DNA from: Candidatus Electronema aureum
Lineage (GTDB): Bacteria; Desulfobacterota; Desulfobulbia; Desulfobulbales; Desulfobulbaceae
Assembly: GCA_004284765.1 (NCBI GenBank)
Contig: NQJD01000066.1
Span: 1-7,672 of the forward strand
DNA length: 7,672 nt
Reading direction: 5' to 3'
Each line of letters starts with the position of its first letter. Position 1 is the first letter of the stretch. Below, one piece after another: positions 1-5,492 of this stretch. The notes under the pieces are model-generated. The model was not told where the DNA came from. It was given only the letters and a program-made list of their open reading frames with translations, and did not search any database. Both the position numbers and the translations under genes were made by a program.

Positions 1-2
1 GC

Positions 3-899
3 ATTAGTCAGGAAGACATTGTCGTTTTCGAGAAGCATTGAAAACTTAACTGCATCTGTTTGGAGATTTATTAATCACTACAACGATTGTATTTTATTTC
101 ATTGATCACTCACAGATCTCTATTACCGGAAATTACGAAAAATAATATTATCAATCAACAGTTCTCGCTTTTTGGATTTGATGCTTGCCTGATGGCTTCT
201 CTGGAAGTTTTATGTGAACTTCGCCAATACGCAGAAATATTTGTTGCCTCGTTAAATGAAGTGCCGCTGGACGGATGGCCTTATGTTGAGGTAATAAAAA
301 AATTCAAGAGAAATTATCAAGAGGATACATTCTGGAACATAGCAAAAGAGATAGTTGATGTCTATATAGCCTTCTACAACTCGAAAGAGTCTGTTGATTA
401 TGCTAATTGCACCGCTATAAGATCATCTATATTGGAAGCTATATTGGAAGATTTTGCATCCATTGTGGAGCTATTCTCAAAAGAGTGCCTTTCTAATCTT
501 GAACATGTTGAATTTGGAGAGAAAATAGAAAACAATGTGATGCTTCCAGCGTTCAAGAAGTGTCATTCGGTGTATGGTCCGGCAACAGATATTTTGTCAA
601 TAATGTCCTATGTCGCAAAATATCTTGATGAATATTCAAGGGAAAATATCCTGTTTAAGGAAGCATCCAACAAGATCATCAAGGCACTTAACCAGCTTAA
701 CGATTTGATAGTAAATAATATTTCTTTTAAAGAAACATCGAAAAATAGTAGTCAAAAGATGCTCTGCGGTGTTTCTGTATGGAGATTAATGTATGAAGAG
801 AAATGGAATATGCAAATTGATTGTTATAAAACACTGCAATTTTATAAAAAATACCCATCATGGGGAAATCTTATAATGAAAATTTTTGCTATTAGCTGA
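3..899 (+). pseudogene. Clostripain-like (MEROPS C11) cysteine peptidase, C-terminal ~2/3; frame interrupted by stops near the window start
   Basis: ORF 87-899 reads ...QQFSLFGFDACLMASLEVLCELRQYAEIFVAS... This is a hydrophobic strand plus the D-A-C-L-M catalytic-Cys motif typical of C11 peptidases, about 34 residues into the ORF. The ORF starts at TTG and lacks the catalytic-His strand. The same frame upstream is broken by TGA (39-41) and TAA (72-74). Before the TGA it reads ISQEDIVVFEKH, a plausible His strand ~50 codons upstream of the Cys. The gene runs off the left edge. Stop is TGA 897-899. Confidence 0.6.
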
Positions 900-919
900 T
901 AATCGTAAATTACAGAACT

Positions 920-2053
920 CCTGCTCCATCTCCTGCAATAAATTTCCCCACCACTGCATCAGCTCGCGCCGCTGCTCCAAATATTCGCTTCTATGATAGG
1001 CCACCCGCACCTTGTTGCGCTGCTCATGGGCAAGAGCCTTCTCAATCACGTCGCCGTCAAAGCCTTTCTCGTTCGCCATAGTGGAGAAGACCCGCCCGGA
1101 AGCCATGCACCGTTGCTTTGGAATGGTAGCCCATGCGGTACAGGGCATAAAGCATGGTGTTCTCAGAAAGCGGCTTCACGCCGTCCCTGCCGGGGAAAGT
1201 CAGCCCTTCTCTGCCATAGAGCCTGCCCGCTCGCTCAAGGATTGCGACCGCCTGCCGGGACAAGGGCACTGTATGTGGGCTGTCCATCTTCATTCTTGCG
1301 CCGGGAATGCGCCACAAGGCCGCGTCAAGGTTGATCTCCGCCCATGTCGCCCCCCGCGTCTCACCGCTCCGGGCGGCTGTCAATATGGTGAACTGCAAGG
1401 CAAGTTTCGTGGCTGTGTCAATGTCCGCCCGCATAAGAGTCTGCATGAACTCCGGCAGCTCATCGCCGGACAGCGCGGCCCGGTGAACGACCTTGCGGCT
1501 TTTTAAGACTCCCTGCATGTCGGCAGCGGGGTTATAAGTGGCCCTGCCAGTCTGCACCGCATAGCCGAACACGGCGTTCATTCGTTGCAGTAGTTGCCGT
1601 GCGATCTCCAAGGCTCCCCGCTTCTCAATATTCTTGGCGATCTCAAGAACCATCGGCGGCGTTACCGCCTCAACCGGACAGTCACCGATAAAGGGGAAGG
1701 CATCGCGTTCCAGCTCCCACCGGACGGCTTTGGTATGGCTGCCGCTCCATCCATTCGCGGGCCACCGCCTCACGCCCGGCTTTCTGCTGCTCTATGACCG
1801 CCTGCTTCTCCTTCTGCCGCTCATGGGACTGATTTTTTCCCGCCTTGACCTGCTCCCGCGCCTGCTCAAGGCTCATGTCGGGGTATTCCCCCAGAACGCA
1901 GGTTGACTCCTTGCCGTCAATCCTGAAACGATAACGCCATGTGCTTTTTCCAGACTCGGCGACATGAAAATAAAGCCCCTGACCATCAGGCAGCTTGTAG
2001 GGCTTTTCTTTTGGCTTGGCTTGGCGGATTTGAACAGCAGTAAGTTTTGACAT
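920..2053 (-). pseudogene. int: P4-type (DUF4102 N-terminus) tyrosine integrase, split over three reading frames and lacking its native stop
   Basis: Minus-strand pieces read as one integrase. Piece 1 (ATG 2051-2053): MSKLTAVQIRQAKPKEKPYKLPDGQGLYFHVAESGKSTWRYRFRIDGKE...AVAREW. Piece 2: WSGSHTKAVRWELERDAFPFIG...TILTAARSGETRGATWAEI...HTVPLSRQAVAIL...ATVHGFRA. Piece 3: FSTMANEKGFDGDVIEKALAHEQRNKVRVAYHRSEYLEQRRELMQWW. The Arg box, HGFR box and Tyr region are all present but in different frames. Break 1 is at 1750: the Trp codons at 1751-1753 and 1747-1749 are separated by one nt. Break 2 is at a G/C run, ~1091-1097. The last frame stays open into AT-rich DNA until 858. Confidence 0.85.
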
Positions 2054-2185
2054 GGTGCGGCTATCGGGAAGGCAGCGCAAATAACGCAGCGGGTATGTTG
2101 TTTATCTTGTCAGATACCCGCAGTTATACCCGCTTCATGCAGCGGAAGTCAACGCACTTTTTTGGACGAAAACGGAAGGAAAGAC

Positions 2186-2218
2186 AAAAAAAAACCCGCT
2201 AACCTGTTAAGGTTGCGG
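2186..2218 (-). terminator. Rho-independent terminator (minus strand)
   Basis: The minus strand reads CCGCAACC-TTAACA-GGTTAGCGG-G-TTTTTTTTT. That is an 8-bp stem with one bulged A (plus coordinates 2211-2218 pairing with 2196-2204), a 6-nt loop (2205-2210) and a T9 tract (A9 on plus, 2186-2194). It lies downstream of the vapBC operon and tRNA-like element and upstream of the integrase. Confidence 0.7.
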
Positions 2219-2257
2219 ACTTTATGGTACGTTAATGGACGTTACTGAACTATGATA

Positions 2258-2346
2258 TGGTGCCGAAGGGGAGATTCTTTCCAACAACCAGCAGGGCTTT
2301 GTATTTTATTGTTTTTATTCTATATTTTTCGTTACCTTCGGCACCA
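2258..2346. repeat. Perfect 12-bp inverted repeat made of two opposed copies of a tRNA 3' end (acceptor arm + discriminator A + CCA); att-like relic, not an intact tRNA
   Basis: TGGTGCCGAAGG (2258-2269) and CCTTCGGCACCA (2335-2346) are exact reverse complements around an AT-rich 65-nt spacer. Read on the minus strand, 2277->2258 is GAATCTCCCCTTCGGCACCA. That is the end of a T-loop, a T-stem 3' half, acceptor CTTCGGC, A and CCA. It matches the GCCGAAG/CTTCGGC-A-CCA acceptor of enterobacterial tRNA-Leu as I remember it. No cloverleaf folds on either strand. Confidence 0.6.
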
Positions 2347-2427
2347 AGCATGTACCTACGCTTTGTACCGTCCACTATAATACTATGCTTGCCAAGCAGA
2401 AGCCAGCATATTTTGCTCTCGAAAGAC

Positions 2428-2829
2428 TTACAGCCAATCTTCAAGCCTTAGCTCTTTGATTCTGCCAAAATGCCGAATATTTCCAGTGACAAGAATCAAA
2501 TTTTCGGCAATAGCGATTGAGGCAATCTCAAGGTCGGCAAGATCAAGCGGCTGTCTCTTTTTCTCCAATTCAGCCCGGAGCCGCCCGCAAACGCAGGCTG
2601 CTTTACTGTCAAAGCTGACCACATTCACGGAAGGAAGCAGAATTTGCTCAAGGTTGTTCAGGTGATATGCCGCACGGCTGCTTTTCATAGCCCCGTAAAC
2701 AATCTCTGAAACCGTAACCGTTGAAATGTGTTGCTGATGCTTAGGAAGCAGGGCAAGCCGCTCAAGCAAACATTGAGAGGGCTGTTTTTTCAGCACATTG
2801 GTTATTATATCGGTATCAAAGAGATACAT
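2428..2829 (-). CDS. vapC: VapC-family PIN-domain toxin (type II TA)
   Basis: 133 aa: MYLFDTDIITNVL...TVSEIVYGA...PLDLADLEIASIAIAENLILVTGNIRHF. It has the N-terminal acidic D-x-D, the SE(I/L)xxG glutamate, the D..IA..A segment and the T-x-N..F end typical of VapC/FitB PIN toxins. ATG is at 2827-2829 and TAA at 2428-2430. The start overlaps the upstream antitoxin gene by 14 nt. Confidence 0.9.
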   Translation of the reverse strand: MYLFDTDIITNVLKKQPSQCLLERLALLPKHQQHISTVTVSEIVYGAMKSSRAAYHLNNLEQILLPSVNVVSFDSKAACVCGRLRAELEKKRQPLDLADLEIASIAIAENLILVTGNIRHFGRIKELRLEDWL

Positions 2830-3094
2830 TTTGCCGAGTCCCAGAATCAGTACGCAGGTTTGCTGTGTTGCTGATCAGCTCTTCCACTTCCTCAAAGTCC
2901 TGCCACTGTCCAACTATTGAGGCCAAGCCTTGCCGCTCTTCGCTTTGTTCAATTATTTTAAGGTCTTCCAAGCTGACCAAAGCGGCAACTGGTTTGTTTC
3001 TTCTTGTAATGATAAACCGCTCATGTGTATAGGAGGTTTTTGCTAACAATTCGGAAAGACGGCTTTTTACCGTAGCTACGGATACAGCAGGCAT
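2816..3094 (-). CDS. Phd/YefM-family antitoxin partnered with VapC
   Basis: 92 aa: MPAVSVATVKSRLSELLAKTSYTHERFIITRRNKPVAALVSLEDLKIIE... This matches the Phd/YefM N-terminal fold signature (ls.ll..v....e.v.Itr.gkPvA.lvs.ed). AAGGA lies ~9 nt before ATG 3092-3094. It is translationally coupled to vapC: its TGA at 2816-2818 lies inside the vapC start region. Confidence 0.85.
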   Translation of the reverse strand: MPAVSVATVKSRLSELLAKTSYTHERFIITRRNKPVAALVSLEDLKIIEQSEERQGLASIVGQWQDFEEVEELISNTANLRTDSGTRQNVSL

Positions 3095-3302
3095 GGTATT
3101 TTTCCTTTGATTTAAAGTTGGTCATTATGATCTTTATGACTATATCGTAGCCGGTTTTCAATTTAAGATCAACTTCAAAAATAGAGGTGGATGTTCCGGT
3201 ATTCCGATCAGCCACCCACCATATATTTTTCACCCTCTGGATTTGATTCCCCAAACAAGAAACGAATCCAGAATGTGGGGCAGGTAGATACGGGTGAACA
3301 TT

Positions 3303-3336
3303 CCGGCCTTCCAAGAAATGGCGCAAAGCCATGCAG
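3303..3336 (+). repeat. 34-bp composite repeat copying two separated segments of the downstream recombinase pseudogene
   Basis: 3303-3320 CCGGCCTTCCAAGAAATG matches 4230-4247 CCGGCCTTTCAAGAAATG (17/18). 3314-3336 AGAAATGGCGCAAAGCCATGCAG matches 4618-4640 AGAAATGGCGCAAGGCCATGCAG (22/23). The two matches overlap in AGAAATG, which is present at both downstream positions (4241-4247 and 4618-4624). Confidence 0.85.
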
Positions 3337-3345
3337 CAATTTTTA

Positions 3346-3456
3346 TGTCCATTAAACTGTACTTTTCTTGACACAACTTCCAGCCGTCCAAAACCGCATT
3401 CTTTCGTGTCCAAAAAAGTCCTTTTTTAATTTCTTGACACTGTGTCCAGAATAGTC
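3346..3456 (+). promoter_or_regulatory. res-like array of resolvase half-sites (TGTCC/CGTCC ... GACA) overlapping the recombinase promoter
   Basis: Forward half-sites: TGTCCATTAAAC 3346-3357, CGTCCAAAACCG 3385-3396, TGTCCAAAAAAG 3407-3418, TGTCCAGAATAG 3443-3454. Inverted half-sites: CTTTTCTTGACA 3362-3373 and AATTTCTTGACA 3428-3439. 3346-3373 is a 28-bp unit (12+4+12) with TGTC...GACA ends. 3407-3439 is a 33-bp unit. GTGTCCA-N5-AGTC occurs twice, at 3406-3420 and 3442-3456 (13/15). TTCTTGACAC is repeated exactly at 3365-3374 and 3431-3440. The palindrome GACAC-T-GTGTC spans 3436-3446. Confidence 0.5.
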
Positions 3457-3462
3457 TATAGT
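3434..3462 (+). promoter_or_regulatory. Sigma70-type promoter of the serine recombinase gene
   Basis: TTGACA (3434-3439), a 17-nt spacer, then TATAGT (3457-3462). AGGAG follows at 3482-3486, 7 nt before ATG 3494. Confidence 0.7.
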
Positions 3463-3493
3463 GTTTATATACACAAAAAACAGGAGATCAATT

Positions 3494-4087
3494 ATGGCAA
3501 ACGGTAATGGACACAACGTTGGTTATGTACGGGTTAGCTCAATTGCTCAAAATTTGGATCGGCAGTTGAACGGCATTGAGCTTGATAAAGTTTTTACCGA
3601 AAAGGCGAGTGCCAAAGATGCAAAACGACCCATTCTCAAAGAGTGCATGGGCTATTTAAGAGAAGGTGACACGCTCCATGTGCATTCAATTGACAGGCTT
3701 GCCCGCAATCTTGTTGATCTGCAAAACATCATTCAAGAGTTGAACAGCAAAAACGTGTCAATTCAGTTTCATAAGGAAAATTTGTTGTTCACCGGTAATG
3801 ACAATGCCATGTCTAAATTGATGCTGAATATGATGGGAGCTTTTGCCGAGTTTGAACGTAACTTAATCAAAGAGCGGCAAATGGAAGGCATCAAGGTGGC
3901 GCAAGAGAAAGGTGTTAAATTCGGTAGGAATAAAACACTGACTGGCGAGCAGATTCTTGAAATAAAAGATCGTATTGCCAAAGGTGAGAAAAAGACAGCC
4001 TTGGCAAAAGAGTATAATGTGAGCAGACAAACTATTTATTCAGCAATTTATCAAGGAGAACTGCTGGATAACAACAAGCATGGTTAA
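3494..4087 (+). CDS. Small serine recombinase (resolvase/invertase family) with C-terminal HTH
   Basis: 197 aa from ATG 3494; the track's GTG at 3461 lies inside the promoter -10 element. MANGNGHNVGYVRVSSIAQNLDRQ carries the catalytic Ser motif. Also present: SIDRLARNLVDL, MMGAFAEFERNLIKERQMEGIKVAQEKGVKFGRNK, and the HTH ALAKEYNVSRQTIYSAI. Stop is TAA 4085-4087. Confidence 0.9.
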   Translation: MANGNGHNVGYVRVSSIAQNLDRQLNGIELDKVFTEKASAKDAKRPILKECMGYLREGDTLHVHSIDRLARNLVDLQNIIQELNSKNVSIQFHKENLLFTGNDNAMSKLMLNMMGAFAEFERNLIKERQMEGIKVAQEKGVKFGRNKTLTGEQILEIKDRIAKGEKKTALAKEYNVSRQTIYSAIYQGELLDNNKHG

Positions 4088-4179
4088 AAGGAAAAGAAAT
4101 GAATTTTATCCTCTCGGTTAATCCAAGGATGTGTAACAAGAGTTGATTTTGTTTTTTGTGCCGCCCAGAAATCCGGTTG

Positions 4180-4763
4180 GTTCGGACTATCCCCCTGATC
4201 AGAACTGCTTTGGTAAAAAACAACCCGCCCGGCCTTTCAAGAAATGATCACGGATATTCTGAGCAACGGGGTGTGGCGGAGATTGTGGAACGTCTTGACA
4301 GGCTGGCACGGGAATACATGGTTCAGGAGCAGCTTCTTGTTTATCTTGCGGCCAAGGGAATTTCTATATATAATGCGGCTACTGGCGAGAATATCACAGA
4401 GGCGGTAAAATCTGACCCGATGAAAAAGGCAGTCATCCAGATTCAAGGCGTGTTTGCCGAGCTGGAAAAATCGCTGCTTGTTAAGCGGCTTGCCAGAGCC
4501 AGAGAACGAAAGCGGGTAGAAAATGGCAAATGCGAAGGCAAGAAAGGCTGGAATGACACAGAGCCGGAACGCAAGGCTGAGATTCTGAAGATAGTCAAGG
4601 CAATGCGGAGAAAGACGAGAAATGGCGCAAGGCCATGCAGAGTTATCAAGCCATTGCTGATCGGTTGAATGCAGAAGGGAAGGTTTCGTTCACCGGAAAA
4701 AGCTGGACGGCTCAGGGTGTGAGAGACTTTCATGTGAAGAATTTATCCACGCAGTTGGCTTGA
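4180..4763 (+). pseudogene. Second serine recombinase, 5'-truncated (no catalytic-Ser segment) and frameshifted at least three times
   Basis: The sense reading hops frames. Frame 1: ...GKK. Frame 2 (from 4217): TTRPAFQEMITDILSNGV. Frame 3: AEIVERLDRLAREYMVQEQLLVYLAAKGISIY...IQIQGVFAELEKSLLVKRLARARERKRVENGKCEGKKGW...ILKIVKAMRRK. Frame 4: ...MQSYQAIADRLNAEGKVSFTGKSWTAQGVRDF...QLA, ending at TGA 4761-4763. Frame changes are at the A6 run 4215-4220, at GTGTG ~4271-4275, and somewhere in 4581-4668. No Y-x-R-V-S-x-x-x-Q segment exists upstream. The 5' limit is approximate. Confidence 0.75.
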
Positions 4764-4796
4764 TAATACTCAAGAAAATATAGCAAGAAAGGAAAA

Positions 4797-5492
4797 ATGG
4801 CCAAACGTATGAAAGAAGTTTTTAGGTGCTATTACGGATTAGAAGAATCGGAATATGCTGTTCTTTGGAAAGATGCTATTTTTATTTTTGATGCAAATGT
4901 TTTGCTGAATTTGTATCGTTACAAAGAGAAAACTCGCAATGAACTTCTTGATGTTATTGATAAATTAAAAAATAGATTGTGGATACCGCATCAAGTCGGG
5001 CTTGAATTTCAGAGAAATCGTATCACCGTCATAAATGAACAGAACAAAAAATTCTCTGAAGTCAAGAAGATAATAAAAGAACATATTTCTGGAATAGAAA
5101 ACGATTTTAACAACATTCAGATAGACAAGAAACATGCGAATATTGACCCGACAGATATAATTTCTGCCTTCAAAAAAATTCAAGAAGATTTTTTTTCTAA
5201 ATTAGATGAATTAGAGAATAGCAGCATCAGGTTCAATTCAAATGATGCAATCAGAGATAGGTTAGATGACGCAATTCAAGAAAATATTGGCCCTCAGCCG
5301 GAAAATCAAGAATATCTTGATAATTTATATAAAGAAGGAGAACAGAGATTTAGCAGCAAAATCCCACCCGGATACAAAGATGACAGCAAAGGTGATAAGG
5401 AGTTCACTTTTGCTGGCCTTAAATATAAAAATAAATATGGAGACTTGATAGCATGGAAACAGATAATTGCTCATGCAAGAGATGTATCGTAG
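4797..5492 (+). CDS. PIN-like domain protein (DUF4935-type), N-terminal part; ends prematurely at TAG
   Basis: The ORF reads ...AVLWKDAIFIFDANVLLNLYRY...LWIPHQVGLEFQRNR...YKEGEQRFSSKIPPGYKDD...KYGDLIAWKQIIAHAR. This matches the PIN-like family consensus as I remember it (FD.NvLLnLYRY, IP.qV..E..rN, IPPGY.D, YGDlI.W.QI). AAGGA precedes ATG 4797. The expected following segment (..IIFVTDD.KEDWW..GPRPEL..) is absent. Confidence 0.75.
   Translation: MAKRMKEVFRCYYGLEESEYAVLWKDAIFIFDANVLLNLYRYKEKTRNELLDVIDKLKNRLWIPHQVGLEFQRNRITVINEQNKKFSEVKKIIKEHISGIENDFNNIQIDKKHANIDPTDIISAFKKIQEDFFSKLDELENSSIRFNSNDAIRDRLDDAIQENIGPQPENQEYLDNLYKEGEQRFSSKIPPGYKDDSKGDKEFTFAGLKYKNKYGDLIAWKQIIAHARDVS

Larger units (their letters stand above)
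910..2346 (-). mobile_element. Degenerate end of an integrative element: GC-rich block with a P4-type integrase pseudogene, its upstream region, and tRNA-3'-end (att-like) copies
   Basis: GC rises abruptly at ~916-920, 17-20 nt after the C11 stop. It falls back at ~2240-2260. Hand counts inside the block are 40/60 and 35/60, versus 19/60 and 14/60 in the flanks. The block holds only a broken integrase. TTACAGAACT (910-919) and TTACTGAACT (2242-2251) bracket it. A tRNA-Leu-like 3' end follows at 2258-2277. Confidence 0.5.

Noticed and set aside
993-1906. Plus-strand ORFs 993-1334, 1012-1506, 1594-1797 and 1634-1906
   Set aside because: They lie antisense to the integrase inside the GC-rich block, where long shadow ORFs are expected. 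Their translations are Pro/Arg/Gly/Ala-rich low-complexity strings with no recognisable motifs, whereas the minus strand gives a clear integrase reading.
2258-2346. An intact tRNA gene (either strand) between the two acceptor-like ends
   Set aside because: I tried to fold both orientations by hand. The acceptor stem (GCCGAAG/CTTCGGC) pairs. The would-be T arm does not: on the minus strand GTTGG / AAAGAAT / CTCCC gives only 2 Watson-Crick pairs plus one wobble. There is no D arm or anticodon stem, and the interior is almost pure A/T.
2250-2451. 64-aa ORFs 2250-2444 (-) and 2257-2451 (+)
   Set aside because: They are mutually overlapping ORFs running across the tRNA-like palindrome and the vapC 3' region. 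They have no RBS and no recognisable protein features, and are best explained as chance ORFs.
3021-3413. 130-aa minus-strand ORF upstream of and overlapping the antitoxin gene
   Set aside because: It overlaps the antitoxin start by 74 nt in another frame. It runs through the res-like half-sites and the composite patch, and shows no motif I recognise. I treat the region as regulatory or relic DNA.
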